Assembly (NCBI RefSeq): GCF_006345805.1 | Contig: NC_042997.1 | Location: forward strand, 89,714,001-89,778,000 | DNA: 64,000 nucleotides | Source: Octopus sinensis | Lineage: Eukaryota | Reading direction: 5' to 3' | In this document: one piece after another, positions 39,820 through 54,278 of the stretch | Numbering within the stretch: the stretch's first letter is position 1 | Layout of the letters: every line of letters begins with the position of its first letter | Translations under genes and position numbers: made by a program | Notes under the pieces: model-generated | Databases searched by the model: none | Told to the model about the DNA's origin: nothing | The model's input: the letters and a program-made list of their open reading frames with translations, nothing else

Positions 39820-40966
39820 ATCTAATATTGATTTCAAATTTTGGCACGAGGCCAACAATTCCAAGGGTGAAGATTAGTTGATTACATCAACCCCAGTGTT
39901 CAATTGGTACTTAGTTTATCAACCCCAAAAGGATGAAAGGCAAAGTCGACCTTGGTGAGATTTGAACAACAGAATGTAAAGATGGACAAAATGTCACTAA
40001 GCACTTTGCCCAGTGTGCTAATGACTCTGCTAGCTTGCTACCTTATTAAATCTAACATTAAAACCATTGCTGGTTAAATACATGCAGATAATGGACCTGA
40101 CCTTCAGTGAGAAGTGGAAGTGGGGCACTGATTTATACCCAGCATCCATCTAAATTTTATTGTATGTCATACAAAATTGCAGTCTGGAAAGGGTGTTTTA
40201 TCTTGTATAGTCAACATTCTAATGAGGAAGCCCTTATGTAGTAGTTTAGTTTACTAGAGATAGCAGCTAAATCTTGTAATCACATTTTCTCATTTATAAC
40301 AAAAAAAAAATTGATTAAAAAATGTGATTTACTTTATATCTGAAAAATGACAAGATAGCTGATGCTGGAACACCTTTGATCAGAGGCCTACTCAATCGGA
40401 CAGACCTGAGGCTAAACAACAACAGCCAACCGACCAATTATCATTTTACATACCAGTTGGAAATATGATAAAGTTAGTTGCTTGACTTTTCATAATCAGA
40501 AGTATACATAAGTGAGTAATTAGCATGGTTTGCATAGAAAGGCAATGTGATATGTGAATTTTAACACTCTTTCTTTTGCCATAAATGTACTAGTGATGAA
40601 ATAGCTCTGACTAGGACTTGAAAAGTTCAGTTTAGCCAAGCTTAATTACACTACTTATCTCTTTTACTACACATGCAGTTGATCAAATTGACAAAGCATA
40701 CTTACTGGTTAATTTTTCATTAACCATACTTGGATGAAAAGAAAATTCAGTCTCAGTTGAATTTGAACTCAAAATCTGGAGCAGTGTTTTGCAACCTTTT
40801 TATTCTTGGAGAGGTGCAGGCATGGATATGTGGTTACGTAGTTCATTTCCCAACCACATAATTTCAGGTTCAGTCCCACTGTGTGATACCTTGGTCAAGC
40901 ATCTTCTATTTTAGTGACTAATATTTTGTAAGTAGATTTGGTAGACAGAAATTGAAAGCAGCTCAT

Positions 40967-41004
<38 letters not shown>

Positions 41005-42630
41005 CAGAAAACAAAAAAACAGAGACAGGTGAGGGAACAAGAAGCAGGTGTATTGGTTTGAAGCTTGGGAAAAATAGAAAAGTCCTTGATGTTTTGAACC
41101 TACACACTTCAATAGAAAAGCATGAGGGGGGGGGGCATGGAAAGAGAGAAAAAATGGAGAGACAAAAGTGTGTCAGGATTAATAGTTACGTGCACGCACA
41201 CATGCACACACGTGTTTGTGTGTGTCTCCTTGTCTTCACATCATATGATATATAAGGGAGTGTTACCATCATACATGTGGAGGTCATTCATTTCCAGTCT
41301 TCTATGTAAACATGTCTGAGTAAGAGAAAGTATTATCTTACTTAGGCTTTCTGCCTAGAGTAGAAAAAAAAAAAATCTGAAAAATTTTTGGGGAGGGGGC
41401 TAGTCAAGCAACTGGTATTTAATTTATTGACTCCAAAGTCGACCTCGGCAGAATTTGAACTCAGAACATAAAGACAGACAAAATAGTGCTAAGCGTTTTG
41501 CCCAGCATGCTAACATTTCTGCCACCTCACTGCCTTATCTTACTTTGAAACTGATGAAGGTTGGCAACAAGAAGGATATCTACCTGCCAGAAATCTGCCT
41601 CATTGAATTGCATCTACTCTAAGCCAACCTGGAAAAAGTGGACATTAAAATGATGATACCCCTTGAAATACTTTTCATGTTTCAGAGAAACCCTACATTA
41701 AAGATTGTTATATATCTTTATTTATCTGTTTTCTTCCTTTTCAAAAAGTTAAGATGGTTTTGTACAAGCTAAGTGAAATCGTAATTGTGGTCAGTGTCAT
41801 TAACACATGAAAGGCACCCATTCTGGTGACACATAAAGGGTACCCATGGGGTGACACGTAAAAATCACCCGTGCTGGTGATATGTAAAAGACATTTGTGC
41901 CAGTGACACGTAATAGACACCTTACAAGTAAAAGACACCTAGTACACCCTATTGAGTTGTTGGCATTAAGAGCGGCATCCAGCCATAGAAATCAAGTCAG
42001 ACTGGAGCCTGGTGCAGTTCTTTGGCTCACCAGTTCCAGTCAAACCGGCTTACCAATGCTAGCATGGAAAAAGGACGCTAAATGATGATGATAATGATTA
42101 TACAAGATAATAATTAAATTATATATTATGCATTTTGTGTTTTGTTATGTGTGTGATCTGGTTCATGGGAAAATTGTTTTGCATGAAACCCATCTGTGGT
42201 GCTAAAATGTTTGTGGGTGGGGGTTGCTTGTTTAGGAGTTTCCTTTGCAGCAACATGGTTTCATGATGCCATGTAAAAAGCAACCATGCTGGTGCCATGT
42301 AATACACACCATGGCAACACCATGTACAAGTACCCATGCCAGTGTCATGTAAAAAGCACCCAGCACATTCTGCAAAGTGGTTGGCATTAGGAAGGGCATC
42401 CAGTTTAGAAACCAAGCCAAATAAGATTGGAACCTGGTGCAGCTCTCTTGCATGCCAGCTATGGTCAAACCATCCAACCCATGCCAACATGGAAAATTGA
42501 CATTAAAGGATGATCATGATAATGGTGTTTCATCTCACTGTCTGGTACCTTAGGCAAGTGTCTCTGTTGTCTGTGGCCAACCAATATGTTGTGAGTAAAT
42601 TTGATAGATAGAAATTGTGCAGAAAACTGT

Positions 42631-42662
<32 letters not shown>

Positions 42663-42970
42663 TGGGGGAGAGACTATGGTATTTGTGTAAGTGAGGAAGT
42701 GTTTGGGATGAAGTGTTGAATATGTATTCTAGGAAGAATAACACTGCATGGGAAGGTGATGGACTGAAAGTAGGATATTCAGGTGTATAGCATAAGATTA
42801 GGTGCAGGGGTTGTTCTTAGCTTACACAAAGAAGTGGTCCAGTGGTGCAGTAACAGTGTTTGAACAGTTTGAAGGTGGGCTAGTATTAAGAGGTTATCAA
42901 CAAGTGTACAATATGTATATAGAAAGCATGCTCTATCTCTGTCTCTCTTTGTCTCACAGACACACACACC

Positions 42971-43006
<36 letters not shown>

Positions 43007-43358
43007 CATGCAAACACACACAAATACATGCACCTTATCAGTGATGTAAAATAGATCATACAGATACATACCCAAGCCTACAAATATACATACAGCTATG
43101 CATATATGTAAATCCACTGTTTTGCATCCACTAACAACCATATACATACATGTGCATGCAACCACACTTATGCAGATGCAACCATACATATGCACACAAA
43201 CAAGCATGCATGTGTCATCATATATTAAGGCTATACATACAACTATATATGCATACAAAATCATGCATATACAAACTACCCTACCTGTGTAAGCATACAA
43301 ACATGAGGTTATATACATATACACACTCAACAACTATGTACGCAAACACACACAAAAC

Positions 43359-43695
43359 AGGGCTCCCTTCAGTCATGAATGACCATAAGATTGCACCTAG
43401 AAAGTTCCCCTCTGAGGCACAAGTCCAGGCCAGGTTATTTATAAAAGACCAGCAGTCGCCCATACATACCAACTGCCTCTCTCTACACCACCTGTGTTAT
43501 CCAAAAGAAAGACAAATGTTGCCACAGCTTGGCACCAGTGATGTCGCAACTCATCTCTACAGCTGAGTGAACTGAAACAACATGAAATAAAGTGTCTTGC
43601 TCAAGAACACAACACATAGACTGGTCCGGGAATCAAACTCACTACCTCATTGTGAGCCTGATGCTCTACGTAACTACTGAGCCATGCACTTTCAC
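43359..43695 (-). mobile_element. SINE family E copy
   Basis: Aligns by eye to 32895-33209. Confidence 0.8.
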
Positions 43696-45056
43696 TCAAA
43701 AACACACAAACACATAGATTTAAACAAACATACATGCTTGTGTAAGATTCTTTTACCAAAAGGTGTGTACATTGAACATATGTACACAATATATAAGCAA
43801 AAAAAATATATACAGTTATATACACCAAAGCATAAACATACTGTTAAGGGTAGGTACATAAGCATGCATGTACATTAGAAAGTATTTATGTGCACAGCAA
43901 AAAGTATTCATGTGCATTCAAGTGTACATTCATAAAGCATACACACATTTATCCAAACATTCACATATCCAAAATTATTCACATGTACACAAAGGTATAT
44001 ATGCACTCATACATGCACAAAAGTGCATACAAACACATTCATACATGAAATGCACTCACATACTCAAATGTGTATACACACGCATGTACACAAATGTATG
44101 TACACATCTTTGTGTGCATATACATAGAGGCAGAAAAATACATTAGACATGTAAACATATGTGATAGGCCATCATCTAATGTGTCCATTAAAAGATGTTA
44201 AGAAGGTATACTATATTTTGAAAAGAAACATAAGTAGAGATTTAATTTCCTTTAGATATTTTTCTGCAAATAATGGCCAATTTTGAAATGTGTTAGTTTA
44301 TAAAATCTCTTTCTATTCAACTTTATCTGTTGAAATATTATGTCTCTCTCAAAACTGTTTTGACAAAAGGAAACAAGCATACACACATCACATGCACACT
44401 TACACACACACATACACACTTCAAAAGTAAATAGACATCGCTCGTACAGGTTTATCTGTGCAGAGGCTACTCATTAGTATGATTTGCAAACAGGTTACTA
44501 ATTAAAAACTGCACAAGGTATGTCTACTACACATTAAAATAGGGATTCTGTGCATCAAGTAACATTATTTTGTTTTCTAGAAATCTTTCAAATATGGTGT
44601 CTATTCACTTTTGAGATGTCTGTGCATGCACGTGCATACAAACACACACACGCACACACTTTCGTTTTTTAAAAATTTGAGAAAGAGTTTTCAATTCATA
44701 TAAATCATTTATTCATTCAAGGCTGATGTTGCTCTTATTTGTAATCTGAGCTTTCTTTAGATTGTGTATGAAAGGTTTCCTTTTCTCATCAATTCATTAA
44801 ACTTTAGACTTGGGTTGCAGCCCCAAATGATCCATAATTTTATGAATATTTGTTGTGTACATTTAGTGAAAAATAACTCACTAAATCTAATCATGATGCA
44901 CTCTCTGGAATGCATGTGTTTTTATCCCTAGTATGTATATATATGGACATATATAAAGATAAGTTGTGTCTGGGGAGAGTCATTTTCTTTTTGTGCCTTA
45001 TTATGTAACACACTCGTTTTCTTCATAATTTCCATATAATATTCATCTCTTTTCTT

Positions 45057-45093
<37 letters not shown>

Positions 45094-46590
45094 TCATATA
45101 ATATATACACATACACACTCACTCATACACACACAAACACACATACACACACACACACATATACATATGATGTCTCAGCATGACCACAGCTTTAAAGCTG
45201 AACACACACACTATATATATGCCCATGCTTTAGATGTTGCTTTATTTTCTGTTGGCATCAGTTTCTTAGATGAAATTTCCTTCTCTGTTTTTGTATTCAT
45301 TTGAGAATAGTTGACCTTGTGCTTAAAAAGAGAGGCTTGGTGTGCAACCCCCACATCAGCTCTGATCTCAGCAACTTATATTGAATGGTTTTCCAGACAT
45401 GACCATCTGATCTCAAATTTTGTGTATTTTGAACTTGGATTATATCAACTGTTGTCTTGCATTTTCAAACCAGCTGAGTGTAATTATTGGGAAATGCATT
45501 TGCTACTTCTAGCAAGCTGCATGGCCATGCAGAACCTCAAATGTTGATGAGATTCAGTGAGGAGTTGATCTGGAATTGAGTATGTATTAACAAGAAAATT
45601 AGGTAGACAGGGAAATGCATCTACTTTATTGACCGTTACAACTACACAAACACTCCTTAATCCTTTAGCATTTAAATTGGTCATATCTGGTCCAAAATTT
45701 TCTGTCAGTTTTTTGTTTAAATTAGCCAGATTTGGCCTCTCACACACTGCTAAACTGTGCCCTCCCTCTCCCTCTTGTACCATTGATACAATGGTCTTTT
45801 GTCTTTTGTTGTATGCCATCTCTCATTTTAATCATATTTGTCACATTTGTCTCTTTCCTTTCTGACCCTTATACAGAATAGCAGACATTCTTTGTATATT
45901 AATCATTCTGTTGCCATATTACTGTTAAAATATACTGTATTTGTTTCAGTTAATTTTTAAAATTATAAAGTATTTAATAAAATAACTTTGCTATTGAAAT
46001 TTCTGTGAGATTTTCATTTAGATAATTTTAGAACAGAAAATTTGTATCATAGAATCAGGGCTGGCCTTAGGTGGATTAGTATCAAAAAAGGTTAAACAAT
46101 TTCCTTTTCTCTCAACTCTACATTTATGAACAGTTGTTTGAAATAGTTGGTAACTCTTCTTCACATTTTGAATTACTTCACTTTGCCATGATAAAATAAT
46201 ATTTTACTTAAAGCAACATCTAAAGCATGGGCATAGAGGGAGAAGTTAAAGGGGTGATATTGCCAACAATGCTGTGCAAGTGAATCAACCTCAACTTTGA
46301 TAATGTGACTGGCGTAATAGGCACAAAGCCTGAAATTTTGTGGGTGGAAGATAGTCAATTACATCAACCCCTGTGCTCAACTGGTACTTATTTTATCAAA
46401 CCGGAAAAGATAAAAAGCTTAGTCAGCCATGGCAGAATTTGAACTCGGAATATAAAGATGAATGAATTGTGCTAAGCTCTTTGTTCAGTCTGATAATGAT
46501 TTTGCCAGATTGTTGCCCCCCTCCCCCTCATCCCCGTCGACCTCCCCCCCTCCTCTTCGACCTCCTCCTCCTTTTCGACCTCCTCCTCTA

Positions 46591-46950
46591 GTGGCTGATG
46601 ATATATGCATCTCTGATCACAAGCAAAAGTAGTGGGGGAGCATCATAGCCATGTGTTGAAAGGGATTCTTTGGGGTTTGAATAATTCACCTCTGGAAACA
46701 TGGGTGTTTTGTTCATCATCCTTAAACAAACATTATTCAGGGACCTTTTGAGCAGGATGAGCTACTCAACCAGAAGAAAATTCTAACTGGCCTCCGTTTG
46801 CAAGGTCATATGCTATTTATCGTGATCATGTAGTTGTGATGCATGTGCCTAGTGTACCCTTATCAGACAGGCTGTCATGATGGGTATACTCTGCTTTGTA
46901 TATTGTACCCTAGTGTCACTTTGATGGCATGCATTGCTCTCACGCTTAAT
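46591..46950 (+). mobile_element. Repeat family D copy
   Basis: Aligns to the reverse complement of 29546-29990. Confidence 0.8.
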
Positions 46951-47969
46951 ATTAATATGTTAATCATGGTTTCAAATTTTGGCACAATACCAGAAATTTC
47001 AGAGAAAGGTTAAATCAATTATGGCAATTCCAGTGTTCAACTGATACTTATTTTTCTGACCCACAAAAGGATGAGGCAAGGCCAACATCAGTGGCGTTTG
47101 AACTTAGAATGTAAAGAACCAGAAGAAATGCTACTTCGTGTTTTAATTGGCACGGTAAAGGCCAAGAGTGTCAGTGAGAAGGGGTTTAGTTGAGTATATC
47201 AAACTCAGTACTTGACTGATACTTTGTTATTGACCCTGAAAGAATGAAAGACCATGTTTGAAACTCCTTATGTCTCCTCCTCAGGTATTAACATACAGCA
47301 ATTAAACTACGACTAACAATGTTAATCCTTACCCAGGCCAAGCCAAGCTGAGCTATTACTTCAGTGGAAGAGTTTTATGAGTTAGTTGTAATGATTGAAA
47401 TGTTGGTGGTGGTAGGTAGAGGTAATAGGGTTGGTAGTAGCACTAGTAATAGCAACAGTAGTGGTTGTGGTGGTGGTTTGTTGCTTACAGATGGAACAGA
47501 CATGGGGAGTTACATCAATAGTTTAGCCATTAGGAAGGAATGTTTGCTCAACATGAGTCATCTTTAACAGTGTTCCTTCAGGCTTATACATATTTGTAAT
47601 CAATAAAAAGTTTTTTATTTTTTTGTCCATGTATATATTGCATATTATTTACTATACTTTGTGGTGATGCCGTTATCTTTACCTGTTCGGTTGTTATTTT
47701 AGTGTTCTTTAAGAAAACACTTAATTTCCTTCATTTTCGTATATTTTGTGGGTATTTTATTTATTTATTTATTTATTTTTTATTTCATGCCTCTTTTATA
47801 GATTCCTATTTTAACCTGTGATTGATTATTTTTCATTTTCATATTGGATTTGTTAGATTCGTTTTAATATTTATTAACAGCAGTTTAAAAATTATGTTTG
47901 TTCAACTTAGTTTGTATGTGCACATGTGTGTATACGTATATGTTTATATAATATGTGTTTGCATATGTA

Positions 47970-48010
<41 letters not shown>

Positions 48011-48089
48011 GTGTATGTATGTATATATATATATATATATATATCACATGACTTTACACATCACATCACATATGATGTGCCATACTAAT

Positions 48090-48630
48090 ACACACACCAA
48101 CTAATACATACTAATACGTACTAATACATACTAGTACATACTAATACTTACACCAACCCTATACATACACACGTCCAGACCCCGCATACGCACTTATACT
48201 CTCTCACACACACACACACACATACCTATACATACCAATACGTACTAATACATACTAATACATACTAATACATACACCAACCCTATACATACACACATCC
48301 AGACCCCTCCCACGCACTTTTAGCTGGTCCCTCAACCCTTTTATCAACCCTATTATCTCCCCTTATTTCGCTCTCGCGTCTCATGTTTGATCTTTGACCT
48401 CTGGCCGAAATCAGATCGCCATGTTGATTCGTTAGCTACTGCACGCATTTTTTTTCTCTCCTTCTTTCTGTGTTTTTCTCTCTCTGTGTATCTTTCTGTT
48501 GAAGGGCGTAGGCTCGAAACGTTAAAGACTTGTTTTATTTATATTTCCTGAGCGCCATACTAATACAATTGTTCGTTTGTTTTCCACCTGCCTTCGTCTT
48601 TTGTTTATTTTCATAAAGCTTCCCGTTATA
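48090..48630 (+). mobile_element. Penelope-like pseudo-LTR relic with (CTAATACATA)n repeats and a variant hammerhead fold, ending in (TA)n
   Basis: ~48380-48628 is homologous to the reverse complement of 57988-58230. Internal ~124-bp direct duplication (48111 / 48235). Confidence 0.55.
48491..48528 (+). ncRNA. Minimal hammerhead-like motif, variant core CUGUUGA
   Basis: TCTTT-CTGTTGA-A-GGGC-gtag-GCTC-GAAAC-GTT-AAAGA. Confidence 0.45.
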
Positions 48631-48744
48631 TATATATATATATATAAAATGTAATGTATGTATTTTGTTGTGTGTGTGTGTGTGTATATTATATATATAA
48701 ATATATGTATATATAATATTTTTCCTCTTTCTTTATCTTTGCAG

Positions 48745-48798
48745 GGTATAAAAAGAAACCTATTGGTTCCTTCTGCCTAGTCTGTGATAGTTACAATG
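48745..48798 (+). CDS. Candidate 54-nt host coding exon (xYKKKPIGSFCLVCDSYN), unidentified
   Basis: Strong acceptor TTTCCTCTTTCTTTATCTTTGCAG and donor ATG|GTAAAT. One of the three frames is open. Confidence 0.35.
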
Positions 48799-49599
48799 GT
48801 AAATACTGTTCAGCATTTTTTATTGGATTTAATTATTTAAAAGAAAAAAAAAAATTTTTTTCTTGGTGCATATGTTCTTATTTGCATTCTTTTTCCACTG
48901 TGTTTTTCAAATGGCATTTCCATTTTTTCCCCCTTCTGATGAGTTTTATGGATGTTCTGAATGGTTTGGGAAAACAGAAGAGTTAAAAAATAGAAAGAAA
49001 AGCTAATCAACTATTAAAAAAAAATAACAGAAAGTTCTGGTATTTATTTCAGTTGAATGTAGTTAGTTTGGGAATGTACAGTCAACGATGATTTATGCCT
49101 TCTAGAAGTTTGGTTTGATGAGAGAGAGAGAGAGGGAGAGAAAGCATACACAATTATTTGAGCCAGAGAAAATAGCATTGCTTTGAACAGTCACTAGGGA
49201 AACTTGGAGAACTGTTTATAATCTGTGAGTGTAGTGAGAGAGATTGAAGTGACAGCTCTGATGATTAGGAAGAAGTTTTTAAGTGGAAAATTTTCAATAT
49301 GAAATCCAGTGTTAAGGAAGTCATACGTTATATAAATGGAATTTGCAAACATGAAATAAATGAATGAATAAATTTAAAAGAAAAATAGAGGGTATTAAAA
49401 AATGTGTTTATTGCAAATTGAATTGAAAGAATTGGTAAAAAATCTTGTAAGTTATGTGAACAGGATTTGTTAAAAAAAAAAACCTCAAAACACAAGCAAA
49501 AATATAAAAATAACCTGGATTAAATTTATAACAATTGTAATGTAAAACATTATAAGAGGCAGTCATGTAGAAATTTCATGCTATGTTTATAGCATGGCA

Positions 49600-49645
<46 letters not shown>

Positions 49646-50135
49646 CTCTTCTGATTCCTTAAAGATCAATCCTGTAAACCGTGTCATTTCTCAAGAGTCC
49701 AATATTTGTGATATTCATTACAACACTTGCAGCAAGAGATGTTCACTACTTGATCTTTAGGTTAATTACTGTAGCCTCATTATATTTGCTGCTATCTTGA
49801 TATTTTCATCTCCTCTTAGAGATTTATTGATTCATTATCACACAACAACTTCATTTCAGGGTGTTAAAATGATTACCTCTCTGTCTGTCTGTCTATCTGT
49901 ATGTCTTGCCTCCAATGCTTGACTTCATTCTTTCAGATATAAACATTTTCTTACAGATACATGGTGTACACTGTATATATAGTTCCATATTATTGATTCT
50001 TGAGATATTTTAATGCAGCATAATGGTTACTGTGTTGTTATTGTTATTTAGGCCCAGTTTTGCTTTGATCGACCTGACTTATGATCAAAGATATTCCAGC
50101 CTTGACTATCCAGTCAGATTTTCAGATATAATACA

Positions 50136-50991
50136 CAGGGTGCAGTGAATAAACTGTCATCTAAATTACACAAAAATGAAAATAACTCTGACCTCTCATT
50201 TTAACAGATATATTTACAAAATTACATAAAAATATCTTGAAATACTAAAGAGTAAATATATTCAATAATATCACCTTTAGCTTCAACCATGGCCTCCAGA
50301 CGACTTCAGAATCTCCTGCAACTCTTCTGGACGATCTCATTGTTTAAGTTGGTGAATGCTGCCATAATCTTCAGTTCATCTTTGGTGTTACAAGGAGTTT
50401 TGTTGGTCTCTTACTCAACTGTGCCCCACACGTAATAATCAAGGGGGTTGTAGTCTGGGAAGTTAGTTGGGCCAGATGTTAGGGGTAATGTGGCCACAGA
50501 AATTGTCTGACAGCCATGATCGGGTTCTCCTGCTTGTTGTCATGTATAGTGCCTTCCAGCAGACACCCTCTTGACCCGGAGCAGCACTACTTCCTCCAGG
50601 CACTTGATGTAGGCCTCTGTGTTGAGTCTGAGACCATGTGGAAAGATGAATGGAGGCATAACATTGCCATCAGTAGTGATCACTCCAAACACCATAATGT
50701 TGGGTAGATGTTTGATTTTTATCACTCTCAGTACATGACCTCAGTTTGCACTGTCCTCAGATTGACACCCAAACACTCTGAAATGTTCGTATTGGAGCTT
50801 CGGTGCAAATGCCGAGCAGTACACCATGTTGTTTCCAAATTTCTGGCAAAGTGAATTGTGTAATGGTGCTGTTTTGCGTACAGATGATGTCCAACTGACC
50901 CTACTACACTGTGTAGCTAACAAAATCAAATACAATGTGCATGTATGAAATTAAAAATATAAAATCGCAACAATTTACCTATCTCACCCTG
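50136..50991 (-). mobile_element. Deleted Tc1/mariner element (maT/DD37D-like)
   Basis: Termini begin CAGGGTG at both ends, with TA at 50992-50993. Relics: IMVFGVITTDGNVMPPFIFPHGLRLNTEAYIKCLEEVV and IWP..FPDYNPLDYYVWGTVE. The middle Asp region is deleted. Confidence 0.8.
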
Positions 50992-51586
50992 TATGTAGTA
51001 CTACATCATCGAAGAGGCACTTTATTCAATCTTCCCTGCCTTGTTTAAGATAGTAGGTTGAGATTTGAGAGAGATTTGGCTGCTATTTCTAGTATATGAT
51101 CATTTATTCACTTGAAGACTCTCCCTATTTGAGTCATGTGATATTGTTTGTGCTTTATGAAACCTAGTTTCCATTTTAGAAATAACACAACATTAGTATA
51201 TCATTATCATCATCATCATCATTTAAGTCCTCCTTCCATGCTGGCATGGCTCGGATGTTTTAACAAAAGCTGGCAAGTCAGAATATTTTGCCATGCTCTA
51301 CTGTTTGATTTGGCATGGTTCCCATGGCTAGAAATTAGGCTTGACAATTATAAAGTTGTTAATTTCGGTTTGACATAGTCAGCATATAATTTTCTGTATG
51401 AGTAATGATTTAATAATTTAAAAGTTGTTTGTAGTTAAACTGTCATGGTAAAAAATGTCAGGATTTGAGTTATTCAAAACTGGTTTGTTTACACTTCATT
51501 ACATATTCAATGAATAATGCACAAAAATGACTCCCCATGTAATATTAACAATCAACTGAGACTAACCTGCCTATTTTACTCCACAG

Positions 51587-51606
51587 ATCATGACATAGAT
51601 ATATGA
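51587..51606 (+). CDS. Candidate terminal coding exon fragment (DHDIDI*)
   Basis: Branch-point-like ACTAAC plus CTATTTTACTCCACAG acceptor. Phase-compatible with 48745-48798. Confidence 0.2.
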
Positions 51607-54236
51607 GTGCCATACAGTAGAGATTGTGAATTCATGATGATTCATGTCTGTGACTCTGATTTGAATTCAAGCAACAAGTCCTTTCACTTCAATTGCATCA
51701 CTGATATATTTCTTTGTAAAGAATTATTAGTGCTAGATTTGCTGGAAATATCTGCTACATTTCCTGCAAATCACAAACCTATGAGAGAAGCTGTTGTGCA
51801 GTTGTTTGGCTTGGCCTATTAGAAAATAGCAGTAGAATCTCCCTCATTTTATATTATATTGTCTCATAAAAACCAAACCAAAACAAAGGAAGCACCACTG
51901 GTTAATGTTGTCCTAGGTGTAATGTGTCAAAAACAGACAAGATTGTCAGGGCTGAAAACTCTTTGATCATTGGTTTGCTTCATCAGAGATGACCTGGGGC
52001 TGAGCAGTAACAATTATTTGTGAGAATTTTGCATTTAAATATTGAGTAGAATAAGTTCCCATTAAGCCAAATTGAATACGAGGTTCCAGTTCCTCCTAAC
52101 TTCCAATTTCATTTTGGATATCTGTCTTTTATTTTTCATTTGTTTCAATCATTGGACTGTGGCCAGGCTGGGGTACTGCTTTAAGCAGTTTAGTTGAACA
52201 AATTATTCCCCGGTACTAATTTTTTTGAAGTCTAATACTTATTCTATTGGTCTCTTTTACTGAACCATTAAGTTACAGGGATGTAGTGGGTAGGGAGATG
52301 AACACACATACACACAAAGCTTCCACACAATTTCTACTTACTAACTTTATTCATAAGGCATTGGTTAGCCTAGGGCTATAGTTGAAGACACTTGCCCATG
52401 TTGCTGTGTAGTGGGACTGAACCTGAATCCACATGACTGCAAAGTGAGTTGCTTAATCATAAGGTCATGCCTTACAAATCATGATTTTAGACAAAATACC
52501 TCCCATTCCAGTTACATAGCTGCTAAAACACAAGACATATATTTCACAGGCTAATGAGGATCTAACTAGATATGATGTTAGATTTAGGGACACTGCTGAT
52601 GTTACCAAGAATAGAGAAGCAATACAGAAAGCAGATTGGTCGGTTATGGATAAACAGCGTCTCTTGCATAGCGAAATAATTGTAGCACCCTAATTATCAA
52701 ATAATTACAAGATGTGGGTATAGTTCACTGCTGTTGCAAAGGAATGGTCAATCTGCATATGTAACAAATGCTTCCTTACAATGCTGAGTTCAGTTTCTCC
52801 TAAGGATCAGGAGAAGACTATGAGTAGAAAGTTCAGCATTCAGCCTCTCTTAATAGAGTATCTATATGACTGCTTGCTCTGGTAGAAATAACAATTGCTC
52901 TCAAATCACAATAATAAAGGAAAGACAAATTGGATAATACAGTACTAGATATAGATGCATTATGTCTGAGAAAAAGGCAATAAGATTACTGCTGGAATGC
53001 TTTTAATCAAAAGCATGCATGATCAGCACTGACCTGTGTTAACCCACATCAAAAATTGAGATAAGAAACTCTAGGCTTTGGGTTAATTGCAGGATGTGCA
53101 TGATAGCTAGTATATAGATTATCCATATCACATTGTTTCTAATTTAAGCATTAAAACTAGCTATCTTGAGGAGAGGGATTAGTCAATTAAACCAACCCCA
53201 GTATTTGAATGGTATATTATTTTATCAACTGTAATAACTTATCACCACTTGCAGATATCTACCTGATGGCTGATGTTACTTGACTTGGCAAGATTCCATG
53301 ATGTTAACTTCCTATCAAACATTTGATGGATTTGTCAAAACAGTAACATAAAAATTTGAACTAGAAATATTCTAATGCTACTTCATTAGTTTCAGCATAT
53401 ATCTTGTGTTGTGTTCTTAATATTTCGATTTACTTTCTAAGTTGAATATATATATTTGGTCCTTACTCTCCTCCCCTTTTTTTTAAAGATAGTTATTAAT
53501 CATAGTTATTTCTAGTTGGTACAAGGCTTGCAATTTTGGAAGAAAGAGGACTGTCATTTACATCAACTCCAGTGCTCAACTGGTATTTATTTTCTTAACC
53601 TCAAAAGGATGAAAGCAGAATCAACCTCAATGGCATTTGAACTCAGAATGTAAAGAGCTGGAACAACTGCTCTAAGCAATTTGTTCAGCATGGTAACAAT
53701 ACTGCCAGCTCACTGCCTTAGCACTTATTGTAATAAAAGTATCTTAAGGACAGTGGATTGGCAGAATCATTAGAGCATTAAACAAAATACCTCTTGATAT
53801 TTGCTTATGGCTTTTTATGTTCTGAGTTCAAATTCTGTTTAAGTCAACTTTGCCTTTCATCCTTTGAGGGTTGACGTTCACCACAAAATAGCAAAATTGC
53901 AAAAAAAAAATAAATAAAAAAAAATAATGCTAAATGGGCTTCTCAATCACCTTATATATTTAATATTTGTTTGATTCTAAAGTATTAATATCTTTTCTTT
54001 TATTTTTACTTGTTTGAGTAGTTTGACTGCGGCCATGCTAGGGCACCATCTTAAGGAGTTTGGTCAAACAAATTGACTCCAGTACTCATTTTTAATTATG
54101 TCTGGTACTTATTCTGTTAGCCTCTTATGCTATACTGCTAAGTAATGGGTGATATAAACACACCAACACCAATTGTCAAGTGGTGGTGGAGGACAAATAC
54201 AAAGACATATCTATTTAAATTTCTCTTCCCCCTCTC

Positions 54237-54278
<42 letters not shown>

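Noticed and set aside
46591-46625. CTGATGA at the start of the family D copy
   Set aside because: No downstream stem II, GAAA or UH arrangement.
48085-48275. Regular short repeats resembling a CRISPR array
   Set aside because: Tandem decamers without unique spacers, in eukaryotic DNA.
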